From an uncultured Gemmatimonadales bacterium (lineage in GTDB: Bacteria > Gemmatimonadota > Gemmatimonadetes > Gemmatimonadales > GWC2-71-9), in assembly GCA_963828735.1 (NCBI GenBank), contig CAWHFW010000005.1, positions 896,001-960,000 of the forward strand: a stretch of DNA of 64,000 nt. Direction: 5' to 3'. The translations under genes were made by a program, and so were the position numbers. This document shows positions 39,158 through 48,328 of this stretch, one piece after another. Under the pieces are notes generated by a model. That model was not told where the DNA came from and did no database searches. It was given only the letters and a program-made list of their open reading frames with translations. Numbering within the stretch: the stretch's first letter is position 1; each line of letters starts with the position of its first letter.

Positions 39158-40215
39158 CAGCCAAGATCCCCGTCAGCGTGCTCGGGGCCACCGGCACGGT
39201 CGGGCAGAAGTTCGTGCGCCTCCTCGCGGATCATCCCTGGTTCGAGGTCGCGGCGGTGGCGGCGTCCTCCTCGAGCGCGGGGAAACGCTATGGCGACGTG
39301 GTTCGGTGGCGGGAACAGGTCCCGATCCCCGAGCGGATCGCCGACCTCATGGTCCAGGAATCCGCGCCGCCGCTGCCGGGCCCGATCGTGTTCGGGGCGC
39401 TGGACGCCGAGGTCGCAGGGCCGATCGAGCAGGCGTTCGCGGCCGCGGGACAGTATGTCGTCACCAACACCCGGAACCACCGGATGGACGCGGACGTCCC
39501 GCTGCTCATCCCGGAGGCGAACCTCGACCACCTCGACCTCGTGGACCGGCAGCGTCGGGCCCGAGGTTGGCCCGGGGCCATCGTCGCCAATCCCAACTGC
39601 TCGACCGCGGCCATCGTCCTCGCCCTGGCTCCCCTGCATCGGGCGTTCGGGATCGAGAAGCTGTTCCTCTCCACGATGCAGGCGGTCTCGGGCGCCGGCT
39701 ACCCTGGCGTGCCGTCGCTCGACATCCTCGGCAACGTCGTGCCGTTCATCGGCAACGAGGAGGAGAAGATCGAGCGCGAGAGCCGGAAGATCCTCGGCGC
39801 CCTGGGCGCCGACGGCGTCCTTCCGGCGACGTTCGCCGTCAGCGCGCATACGAACCGGGTTCCCACGGTGGAGGGCCACCTCGTGGCGGCGTCGGTGGGC
39901 TTCACGCGGCGCGTGACGCCGGACGAAGCATCGGCGGTGCTGCGCGGTTTTCGTCCCAATCCGCGGGTCGCGTGCCTGCCCTCGACCCCCGACCCGGTCA
40001 TCGAAGTGGACACGCGAGCCGATCGCCCGCAGCCGCGGCTGGACATCGATCGCGGGCGGGGCATGGCGGTGACGGTGGGCAGGATCCGTCCCTGCCCGAT
40101 CCTGGATCTCCGGCTCGTGCTGCTGGGCCACAACACGATCCGTGGCGCGGCGGGCCAGGCGGTGCAGATCGCTGAGCTGCTGGTGGCGGAAGGCCGGGTG
40201 GACCGGCCTGCATGA
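39154..40215 (+). CDS. asd: Aspartate-semialdehyde dehydrogenase (archaeal/fungal-type)
   Basis: LGATGTVGQ, ANPNCST, QAVSGAG, PQPRLD, HNTIRGAAG. Confidence 0.95.
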   Translation: MTAKIPVSVLGATGTVGQKFVRLLADHPWFEVAAVAASSSSAGKRYGDVVRWREQVPIPERIADLMVQESAPPLPGPIVFGALDAEVAGPIEQAFAAAGQYVVTNTRNHRMDADVPLLIPEANLDHLDLVDRQRRARGWPGAIVANPNCSTAAIVLALAPLHRAFGIEKLFLSTMQAVSGAGYPGVPSLDILGNVVPFIGNEEEKIERESRKILGALGADGVLPATFAVSAHTNRVPTVEGHLVAASVGFTRRVTPDEASAVLRGFRPNPRVACLPSTPDPVIEVDTRADRPQPRLDIDRGRGMAVTVGRIRPCPILDLRLVLLGHNTIRGAAGQAVQIAELLVAEGRVDRPA

Positions 40216-41564
40216 TCGTCGCCAAGTTCGGCGGCACGTCGGTGGCGGACGCGGACGCGATCGAACGGCTCGCGCGGATCGTGCGCTCGCGCGTGGCTGC
40301 CAGGCCGGTGGTCGTCGTCAGCGCGCTGGCGAACGTGACCGACGCGCTGCTCGCGCTGGCGCCGCTGGTACAGGCGGATGACCGCGCCGGCGTCGAGGCG
40401 GCGGTGGCCGCCCTGGTGGACCGCCACGTCGCCATCGCCCGGGCGCTGCCCGGCGGGGACGCGGCGATCCCGTACATCGCGGCGGACGCGGACGGACTGC
40501 GTCGGGAGCTCCGGGCCGCGCTCGGCCGCATGCTCCTGCCCGCGGAGCTGGACGCGGTCGCGGGATACGGTGAGCTCTGGAGCAGCCGCCTGGTCGCGGC
40601 CGCGCTCGAGGACACCGGGACCGTCGCCAGCTGGGTCGACATCCGCGCCCTCCTGGTGACCGACGACCGCTTCGGGCGCGCCACGCCCCAGATGCAGGCG
40701 CTCACGACGCGAGCCCGCGAGTGTCTGCGGCCCCTGGTGGAGGCGGGACGGGTCCCCGTCACCCAGGGGTTCATCGGCGCGACGGCCGATGGCAGGCCCA
40801 CCACGCTCGGCCGCGGTGGCTCGGATTTCACGGCCGCGCTTCTGGGCGCGGCACTCGGCGTCGAGCGGGTCGAGATCTGGACCGACGTGAACGGCCTCAT
40901 GACGGCCGATCCGCGGATCGTCCCCTCGGCGCGCACCCTCCGGGCGGCCAGCTACGAGGAGGCCGCGGAGCTCGCCACCTTCGGCGCCAAGGTCCTCCAT
41001 CCCGCCACGGCCCTGCCGCTGGTGCGGGCGGGCATCCCGATCGTCGTCCTCAATTCGACCCGCCCCGACGACCCGGGCACCGTCATCGAGCCCTCCGCCG
41101 AGCTCGAGCGGCTGGGCGACTCGCCGGTACGATCGATCAGCTGGAAGCGCGGCATCACGGTCGTCAACGTGCGGGCCCCGCGTATGCTCGGTGCCCACGG
41201 CTTCCTCCGGGCCATGTTCGAGGTGTTCGAGCGCCACGAGGTGGTGGTCGACGTCCTCGCGAGTGGCGAGGTGAGCGTGTCGCTCACGGTCGAAGACCGG
41301 AGCCGCCTCGACGTGGTAGTGCGGGACCTGGGCGAGCTGGGTGAGGTATGGATCGAGAGCGGGCGAGCCATCGTGGCCGTCGTCGGGATTGGCATGCGCT
41401 CCACACCCGGCTTGGCCGCCAGACTGTTCCGCGCGGTCCAGCCCGCGAACGTCGAGGTGATCTCCCAGGGCGCGTCGGCGATCAACGTGACGTTCGTCGT
41501 GCGTGAGGAAGACGGACCGGACGTCGTGCGGCGGCTGCATCAGGAGTTCTTCGGTACCTGCTGA
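40212..41564 (+). CDS. lysC: Aspartate kinase with ACT domains
   Basis: KFGGTSV, TTLGRGGSD, WTDV, GAKVLHP, SQGAS. Confidence 0.95.
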   Translation: MIVAKFGGTSVADADAIERLARIVRSRVAARPVVVVSALANVTDALLALAPLVQADDRAGVEAAVAALVDRHVAIARALPGGDAAIPYIAADADGLRRELRAALGRMLLPAELDAVAGYGELWSSRLVAAALEDTGTVASWVDIRALLVTDDRFGRATPQMQALTTRARECLRPLVEAGRVPVTQGFIGATADGRPTTLGRGGSDFTAALLGAALGVERVEIWTDVNGLMTADPRIVPSARTLRAASYEEAAELATFGAKVLHPATALPLVRAGIPIVVLNSTRPDDPGTVIEPSAELERLGDSPVRSISWKRGITVVNVRAPRMLGAHGFLRAMFEVFERHEVVVDVLASGEVSVSLTVEDRSRLDVVVRDLGELGEVWIESGRAIVAVVGIGMRSTPGLAARLFRAVQPANVEVISQGASAINVTFVVREEDGPDVVRRLHQEFFGTC

Positions 41565-41602
41565 CCGCCGTCGGCCACTCATCTCGGAAGGCCAGCGATT
41601 TC

Positions 41603-42301
41603 ATGCGCATCGCGATCGTCGGCAACGGCAAGATGGGGCAGGCGGTGGCGCGCCTGGCCGAGGCACGGGGCCACAGCATCCACACGATCGTGGCCGCGCC
41701 GGAGAATCCGGCCGGCGCGGCGCTCACGACCGATCGTCTCGCGGGCGCGGACGTGGCCATCGAGTTCACCCGACCCGACGCGGCGGCCGCCAACCTGGAG
41801 CGCCTCATCGTGGCCGGCGTGCCAGCCGTGACCGGGACGACCGGCTGGCGGAGCGAGCTGCCCCGGATCGAGGCGCTGGTGGCGCGTCACGGCGGCGCGC
41901 TGCTGCACGCCGCCAACTTCTCAGTCGGCGTACATCTCTTTCTTCACGCCGCGCGCGATCTTGCCCGCCGCTTCGCCGGGCGGGCGGAGTTCGACGCCTT
42001 TATACTGGAGGAGCATCACGCCGCGAAGCTCGACGCGCCGTCGGGCACCGCGCGGGAGCTGCAGGCACGGCTGACCGACGGGGATGGTGCCCGCAGCTTC
42101 CCGATCACCTCGATCCGTGCCGGCGCGACGCCGGGGACGCATCTGGTGGCGTACGACGGCCCGTACGAGCGGGTGACGCTTTCCCACGAGGCCCGGAGCC
42201 GGGACGGCTTTGCGGCGGGCGCGGTGGCGGCCGCGGAATGGCTCCCTGGCCATCCGGGCGTGCACACGGTCGAGGACATGCTGTTCGGAGCCGGCGGATG
42301 A
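41603..42301 (+). CDS. dapB: 4-hydroxy-tetrahydrodipicolinate reductase
   Basis: GNGKMG, EFT, GTTGW, EEHHAAKLDAPSGTA. Confidence 0.95.
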   Translation: MRIAIVGNGKMGQAVARLAEARGHSIHTIVAAPENPAGAALTTDRLAGADVAIEFTRPDAAAANLERLIVAGVPAVTGTTGWRSELPRIEALVARHGGALLHAANFSVGVHLFLHAARDLARRFAGRAEFDAFILEEHHAAKLDAPSGTARELQARLTDGDGARSFPITSIRAGATPGTHLVAYDGPYERVTLSHEARSRDGFAAGAVAAAEWLPGHPGVHTVEDMLFGAGG

Positions 42302-43185
42302 CACGCTTCGAGGGCTGCGGCACCGCGCTGGTCACGCCATTCGCCGAGGACGGCACGCTCGATGTTCGGGCCCTTCGCGCGCTCGTGGAATGGCAGATCG
42401 CGGAAGGCATCGACTTTCTCGTGCCCTGTGGCTCGACAGGCGAGGCGCAGACGATGGACGACCGCGAGCGCGAGCAGGTCGTCGCCACCGTGGTCGAGAC
42501 CGCCGCCGGACGGGTGCCCGTGATGGCCGGCGCGACGAGCAACGACACCCGCCGGGCGGTGGACGAGACCCGGCGCATGTGCGCGCTCGGCGTGGACGGG
42601 ATCCTCAGCGCGACCCCCTACTACAACAAGCCCACGCAGGAAGGGCTCCGGCGCCACTTCCTCGCCGTGGCCGATGCCTCCACCCGTCCCGTCTGCGTCT
42701 ACAACGTGCCGGGCCGAACCGCCGTCAACCTCCTTCCCGCCACGGCGCTCATGCTCGCGGAGCACCCGAACGTGGCGGGCATCAAGGAGGCCAGCGGCGA
42801 TCTCCGACAAATCATGGAGATCCTCCGTCACCGCCCCGACGGCTTCGCCGTGCTCTCGGGTGACGATTGGCTGGCCTTCTCCGTTGCGGCGGCCGGCGGC
42901 GATGGGCTGATCTCCGTCACCTCCAACGAAGTACCCGGTCCGATGACCGAGCTGGTTCACCTCTCGCGCGCCGGCAGCCTCGAGGCGGCCCGCCGCTGCC
43001 AGTACCGCCTCCTGCCGCTCATGGACGCGAACTTCCTCGAGACCAACCCCACGCCGGTGAAGGCCGGCCTCGCGCTGCTCGGCAAGATCCGCGACGTCCT
43101 GCGGCTGCCGCTCGTGCCGGCCGCTCCGGCGACACGCGACGCGCTGCGAGCGGGCCTCGTCACGGCCGGCGCCCATGTCCGCTGA
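42298..43185 (+). CDS. dapA: 4-hydroxy-tetrahydrodipicolinate synthase
   Basis: ALVTPF, GSTGE, PYYNKP, YNVPGRT, GIKEASG, SGDD. Confidence 0.95.
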   Translation: MTRFEGCGTALVTPFAEDGTLDVRALRALVEWQIAEGIDFLVPCGSTGEAQTMDDREREQVVATVVETAAGRVPVMAGATSNDTRRAVDETRRMCALGVDGILSATPYYNKPTQEGLRRHFLAVADASTRPVCVYNVPGRTAVNLLPATALMLAEHPNVAGIKEASGDLRQIMEILRHRPDGFAVLSGDDWLAFSVAAAGGDGLISVTSNEVPGPMTELVHLSRAGSLEAARRCQYRLLPLMDANFLETNPTPVKAGLALLGKIRDVLRLPLVPAAPATRDALRAGLVTAGAHVR

Positions 43186-44023
43186 CGTCGCGGAGCTTCA
43201 GGCGGCGCTCGCCCGGTTCACGGGGTCCATTGCGCCGGAGGACGAGGCCGGCGCCCGCGTGGTGTTCCTCGAGCTCAAGGCCGCGCTCAACGCCGGACGG
43301 GTCCGCGCCGCCGAACGGCAGGCGGACGGCACCTGGCGCGCCAACGCCTGGGTCAAGGCCGGAATCCTGCTTGGCTTCCGCCTCGGCCGGGTCCAGCCCG
43401 CCGCAACCGGAACGCCGTTCCCGTTCTACGACAAGGACACGTATCCACTGCGCCGCGTCGGCCTGGAGGACGGCATCCGGATCGTTCCGGGCGGCTCCGC
43501 GATCCGGGACGGCTGCTACGTCGCGCCGGGGGTCGTTTGCATGCCCCCGACGTACATCAACGTCGGCGCCTGGGTCGGCGAGGGCACGATGGTGGATTCG
43601 CACGCCCTGGTCGGCTCGTGCGCGCAAATCGGCCGCCGGGTCCATCTCTCCGCGGCGGCACAGATCGGCGGCGTGCTCGAGCCGGCCGGCGCGCTGCCGG
43701 TCATCATCGAGGACGAGGTGCTGGTCGGGGGGAACTGCGGGGTCTACGAGGGCACGATCGTTCGCGAGCGCGCCGTGCTGGCGCCAGGCACCCTGCTGAC
43801 CGCGGGGACCGCCGTCTTCGACCTGGTGCACGATCGGGTCTACCGCCGCGACGGCGACCGTCCGCTCGAGATCCCCGCCGGCGCCGTCGTCGTTCCGGGT
43901 ACGCGGCCGGTCCGGTCAGGCCCGGGGGCGTCGGCCGGGATCGCGCTGTACGCCCCCGTGATCGTGAAGTATCGGGACGAAAGGACCGAGACCGCCGTCC
44001 GCCTGGAAGAGCTGCTGCGCTAG
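43175..44023 (+). CDS. dapD: Tetrahydrodipicolinate N-succinyltransferase
   Basis: WVKAGILLGF, VGSCAQIG, IGGVLEP, hexapeptide repeats. Confidence 0.95.
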   Translation: MSADVAELQAALARFTGSIAPEDEAGARVVFLELKAALNAGRVRAAERQADGTWRANAWVKAGILLGFRLGRVQPAATGTPFPFYDKDTYPLRRVGLEDGIRIVPGGSAIRDGCYVAPGVVCMPPTYINVGAWVGEGTMVDSHALVGSCAQIGRRVHLSAAAQIGGVLEPAGALPVIIEDEVLVGGNCGVYEGTIVRERAVLAPGTLLTAGTAVFDLVHDRVYRRDGDRPLEIPAGAVVVPGTRPVRSGPGASAGIALYAPVIVKYRDERTETAVRLEELLR

Positions 44024-44201
44024 GTCATTCCGTGAGACAAACTGGCTGTCCAAAACGGCTGTTCCCTTTTCTGATCTTGCAGTAGCTTCGAATCGCTTCC
44101 ACAATTGGCAATCTGGTACGTCTGCGCTGCCCGCTCCACGCTTTGTGGTCCGGGGCTGGTCCACCGCGCGTCGCGAAAGGTGACGGCGGAAGGGAGTCGT
44201 G

Positions 44202-45911
44202 ATGGGTGCCATCTTTGGGATCGTCGGTGACGGCTCATTGGCCGAAGTGCAGGCCATGGGGAGGGCCGTCGTGCATCGCGGGGGGCACCAGGAGTATTGG
44301 TCGCCCGCGGCCGGAGTCTTCTTCGGGCAAGCCGATCACCGACCGTTCGAGGTCGGTGACTCGTCCATGGCCACGGATTGGAACGTCGCTGGTGACCAGT
44401 CGAGCCTGCCGGAACGGTTCTCGAAGGATGGCCCCGCCGCCCTCGCCGCCCTCCGCGGAACCTTCTCCATCGCCCTCTGCGAAGGTCCCGGACGGGTGTG
44501 GCTGGTGGTCGACCACATCGGCTTCAAGACCCTGTATTACACAGTGCTCCGCGACCGCCTGGCGTTCGCGAGCGAGTACAAGTCGCTCCTGACCCTGGCC
44601 GACCTGCCGCTCGAGCCCGACCGCACGGCCATTCAGCACTATCTCGCCACCAAGTATCCTCTCAACGGGCGGTCATTCCTGGCCCGGACTCGCTCGATCA
44701 AGCCTGGCCACCTGCTCCAGTGGCGGCACGGCCAGGCGAAGACTTCGACCTATTGGAGGCCCGGCACGGCGGTCGTCGAGCGGTCGGACGCCGAGCACGT
44801 CCAGGTGGTCCGTCAGGCGCTGCTCGATGCGGTGCTTCGCGACGTCAGCCCGTACGAGCAGATCGGGATCACCCTCGGCGCCGGCATCGACGCCGCTATC
44901 GTACTCGGCGCCGTTCGCCGCGTCGCGCCCGACGTCCGCGTCTCCTCGTTTACGATCGGCGCCGGCGAGAACGACTGGGAAATCGCCGGCGCCCGTGAGA
45001 CTGCCGCTCTGTTCGGGACCGACCACCACGAGTACGTCTTCGACCCGGCAGCGATCCCGACCGACCTCCCGCGCCTCGTCTGGCTCACCGAGGATTGCAG
45101 TGGCCGCGAGGAGGCGATGCTTCAGATGCACGTCGTGGCGCACGCATCGGCGCACACGAAGGCGATCTTCGGCGGGCACAACGCGGACGCGATTTTCGGC
45201 GGCATGCCGCGTCACCGGCTGGTCGGCTTCGCCGAACGGCTGCCGCTGCTCAACACACCGCTGCAGGAGCTCTTCCAGCTCACGCAATGCGCCGCGGTGC
45301 CGTCGAGTCTGGCCGGCCGTTTCCTGCAGCGCGCCGTGTACGGCAACACGCCACCGCTCGCTCTTCGTGTGCCGGGTGCCCACGGGACCTCGAGCGTCTA
45401 CTGGAGCACGGATTTCAACGGTTTCATCTGCGCAACCGTCCAGGGCAACGCCGCGTTCACCTACCTTGAGCCCTACCACGCACTGAGTGGCGCCTCATTT
45501 CACTCGCCGTTCGTCGATCCGGACCTGATCGCCACCAGCCTGACGGTGCCGAGCCGACTCAAGACCGGCTGGCGCCGTCAGAAACGGGTGCTGCGTGACG
45601 CGGCGGCGGGCATCGTTCCGCTCGCGATTCGATCCCGGAAGAAGGCGATCCAGCGACTCGACGTGCACGGCAAGATGGGTGAGGTGCTTGCCGACCTCGC
45701 CGGCGAGTGGCTGCTGGACAGCGCGATCGCCCAGCACGGGCTGCTGACGGAGGCGCAGCTGCGCCAGGCCCGGCTCGAGCGCTCGCGCGCCCGCCAGAGC
45801 CGCGAGGTGGCGCTTCGGCTCTGGTCGGTTCTCTCGCTCGAGTGTTGGGCCAGGCACTTTCTCTCCGCCCACCATCGCGGACCCTTCGCGACGGACGTGC
45901 GCCAAGGCTGA
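44202..45911 (+). CDS. Divergent asparagine-synthetase (AsnB)-like protein, copy 1
   Basis: HRG, LRGTFS, DHIGFKTLYY, FASEYKSL, NADAIFGG, SPFVD, KRVLR; catalytic motifs degenerate. Confidence 0.85.
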   Translation: MGAIFGIVGDGSLAEVQAMGRAVVHRGGHQEYWSPAAGVFFGQADHRPFEVGDSSMATDWNVAGDQSSLPERFSKDGPAALAALRGTFSIALCEGPGRVWLVVDHIGFKTLYYTVLRDRLAFASEYKSLLTLADLPLEPDRTAIQHYLATKYPLNGRSFLARTRSIKPGHLLQWRHGQAKTSTYWRPGTAVVERSDAEHVQVVRQALLDAVLRDVSPYEQIGITLGAGIDAAIVLGAVRRVAPDVRVSSFTIGAGENDWEIAGARETAALFGTDHHEYVFDPAAIPTDLPRLVWLTEDCSGREEAMLQMHVVAHASAHTKAIFGGHNADAIFGGMPRHRLVGFAERLPLLNTPLQELFQLTQCAAVPSSLAGRFLQRAVYGNTPPLALRVPGAHGTSSVYWSTDFNGFICATVQGNAAFTYLEPYHALSGASFHSPFVDPDLIATSLTVPSRLKTGWRRQKRVLRDAAAGIVPLAIRSRKKAIQRLDVHGKMGEVLADLAGEWLLDSAIAQHGLLTEAQLRQARLERSRARQSREVALRLWSVLSLECWARHFLSAHHRGPFATDVRQG

Positions 45912-45971
45912 GCCGAGGGATCCGACCAACACCGGCATCACCCGGACGAGGTCACCTCAGGACATCCCCGC

Positions 45972-46394
45972 ATGCCCTCCCACACCCATTACCTCTGGTT
46001 CGAGACCAAGCGGCGCCAGGAGATCATCGACATCACCGACCAGGTGGAGACCCAGGTCGGGGCCAGCGGCGTGCGCGAGGGCTACGTGCTGGTCTCCGCC
46101 ATGCACATCAGTGCCTCGGTCTTCGTCAACGACCATGAATCGGGACTCTGGCACGACATTCTCCACTGGCTCGAGGGCAGCATCGCCCCCTGGGACCCTG
46201 GCCGGTATCGCCACAACGAGACTGGGGAGGACAACGCGGCGGCCCACCTGCGGAGCCTCACGATCGGGCACGAGGTACTGGTGCCGATCACCGCCGGCCG
46301 GCTTGATTTGGGGCCGTGGCAGCGGGTGTTCTACGGAGAATGGGACGGACAACGCCGTAAGCGCGTGATCATCAAGGTGCTGGGAGAGGCCTAA
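45972..46394 (+). CDS. yjbQ: YjbQ/UPF0047 protein
   Basis: [35 protein letters not shown]. Confidence 0.92.
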   Translation: MPSHTHYLWFETKRRQEIIDITDQVETQVGASGVREGYVLVSAMHISASVFVNDHESGLWHDILHWLEGSIAPWDPGRYRHNETGEDNAAAHLRSLTIGHEVLVPITAGRLDLGPWQRVFYGEWDGQRRKRVIIKVLGEA

Positions 46395-46537
46395 TCTTTC
46401 GCTTTTTGCAATTGTTTGTACGTTGCAAGGCACATCCCCTTAGTCATCGTCGTCAAACCGGCCCCGCCAGCGCCCCATCCCGGGGGCGGCGGATCACCCC
46501 GCTGGTGTCGACCGGTCGGGCGACGGAAACGGAACGC

Positions 46538-48247
46538 ATGGGCGCGATCTTCGGTATCGTCGGCGAGGGCTCCCTGGCAGAGGTGAGGGCCATGGGGCAC
46601 CCTGTCGCGCACCGGGGTGAGTATCAGCGGGTGTGGAGTCCCGCGCGGGGCGTCTACCTGGGCCAGGCCTCCCACCGGCCGTTCGAGGTGGACGAGGCCT
46701 GCCCGGTGGCCACGGACTGGAACGTACAGGGTAGCGGCGCCTCCCTGCCCGAGGGGTTCGCGCGCCTGGGGAACGAGGCCATCGCCGCGCTCCGTGGCAC
46801 CTTCGCGTTGGCGCTCTGCGACGGCCCGAACCGCATCATCCTCGCGGTCGACCAGGTGGGCTACAAGAGCCTGTTCTACACCGTGCTTCGGGGCCGCTTC
46901 GCATTCGCCAGCGAGTACAAGTCGCTTCTCACGCTGGCCGACGTTCCCATCGAGCCCGACCGCACCGCCATCCAGCACTACCTGGCCACGAAATATCCGC
47001 TTGGCGGCCGCTCGTTCCTCGCGCGCGCGCGCTCGCTTCTGGGCGGGCACATGCTGGAATACCGCGACGGCAGTGCGACGGTGGCGACCTATTGGAAGCC
47101 CGCGACCCAGGTCGTGGAGCGCTCGCGCGAGCAGCACGTGACGGTTGTACGGGACGCGCTGCTCGAGACGGTGCATCGCCAGATCCACACCTACGAGCGC
47201 GTGGGCATCACCCTGGGCGGCGGCCTCGACGCCGCGCTCGTACTTGGCGCAATGCGGAAAGTGGCCCCGGACGTCAGGATCTCGTCCTTCACCGTCGGCG
47301 CTGGCGAAGGCGATTGGGAGATCATCGGTGCGCGCCAGACCGCGGGCGAGTTCGGCACCGAACACCGCGAGTGCCTGTTCGACCCCTCGACGATTCCCAC
47401 GGAGCTCCCCCGGCTCATCTGGCTCACCGAGGACTGCGGTGGTCGCGAGGAGGCGATGCTGCAGATGCGGGTGCTCCGCGAAGCCGGCGCGCAGACCGGC
47501 GTCGTCTTCGGTGGCCACGGGGCCGACGTGCTCTTTGGGGGAATGCCGCGGCACCGGCTCGTCGGGCTGGCCGAGAAGCTGCCGATGCTCACGACGCCGA
47601 TCCGCGAGCTGTTCCAGCTCTCGCAGGCCTCGGTGCAGCCGAGCACGTACATCGGACGCGCGTTCAAGGCGGCGGTCTACGGGCGGACTCCGCCCGAGGC
47701 GCTGCACGTCCCCGGCGCCAACTGGGCCGGCGTGTACTGGAGTCCCGAGGTAAACGAGTTCATCCGCACGACGATCCAGCGCATGCACTCGTTCAATTAC
47801 CTCGAGCCGCAGCACGAGACGGCCGGCGCCGCGTTCCATTCGCCGTTCCTCGACCCCGACATGATCGCCACGAGCCTGACGGTGCCCGGCTGGCTCAAGT
47901 CCGGGTGGCGGCGTCAGAAGTGGGTGCTGCGCGAGGCGGGCGCGGAACTCCTGCCGGCGGCGATCCGGAACCGCAAAAAGGCCATTCAGCGGCTCGAGGT
48001 ACAGGGCGAAATGGGAGCGGTGTTGTCGGACCTTGCGGGTCGTTGGCTCATGGACAGCGCGATCGAGCAACACCGGCTCCTCACGCCCGACCAGATCCGA
48101 GCGCTTCGGCGCGAGCGCGACCGCGCGCGGCAGAGCCGCGAGGTGGCGCACCGTCTCTGGTCCGTCTTGTCGCTCGAATGCTGGGCGCGGCATTTCCTCT
48201 CGGCGCGGAGAAGCGCGCCGGTACAGGCGCCGGCCGAGCCTCAGTAG
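46538..48247 (+). CDS. Divergent AsnB-like protein, copy 2 (full-length paralog of copy 1)
   Basis: MGAIFGIVG start shared with copy 1; FASEYKSL, GGGLDAA, GADVLFGG, SPFLD. Confidence 0.85.
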   Translation: MGAIFGIVGEGSLAEVRAMGHPVAHRGEYQRVWSPARGVYLGQASHRPFEVDEACPVATDWNVQGSGASLPEGFARLGNEAIAALRGTFALALCDGPNRIILAVDQVGYKSLFYTVLRGRFAFASEYKSLLTLADVPIEPDRTAIQHYLATKYPLGGRSFLARARSLLGGHMLEYRDGSATVATYWKPATQVVERSREQHVTVVRDALLETVHRQIHTYERVGITLGGGLDAALVLGAMRKVAPDVRISSFTVGAGEGDWEIIGARQTAGEFGTEHRECLFDPSTIPTELPRLIWLTEDCGGREEAMLQMRVLREAGAQTGVVFGGHGADVLFGGMPRHRLVGLAEKLPMLTTPIRELFQLSQASVQPSTYIGRAFKAAVYGRTPPEALHVPGANWAGVYWSPEVNEFIRTTIQRMHSFNYLEPQHETAGAAFHSPFLDPDMIATSLTVPGWLKSGWRRQKWVLREAGAELLPAAIRNRKKAIQRLEVQGEMGAVLSDLAGRWLMDSAIEQHRLLTPDQIRALRRERDRARQSREVAHRLWSVLSLECWARHFLSARRSAPVQAPAEPQ

Positions 48248-48258
48248 GCAGTGACCGG

Positions 48259-48308
48259 AAGCGAGTGAGGGGGGAGCGGCGTTTCGCCTCGCTCCCCCTC
48301 ACTCGCTT
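48259..48308. terminator. Long hairpin between convergent genes (bidirectional terminator)
   Basis: AAGCGAGTGAGGGGGGAGCG ... CGCTCCCCCTCACTCGCTT, about 19-bp stem. Confidence 0.7.
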
Positions 48309-48328
48309 TCATGTCCCCTTGTCCCGCA

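Noticed and set aside
38020..40215. 731-aa extended Asd ORF (and similar 5' extensions of dapA, mobB, moeA, mrp, permease)
   Set aside because: The extensions overlap real upstream genes in other frames; true starts are the coupled ATG/GTG codons.
44100..44135. Sigma54 promoter before the first AsnB-like gene
   Set aside because: GG-to-GC spacing is not 10 nt for either candidate.
44024..48247. Lasso peptide gene cluster
   Set aside because: No RRE/B1, B2 protease or ABC exporter, and no precursor with YxxPxL/Thr(-2) leader in the flanking spacers.
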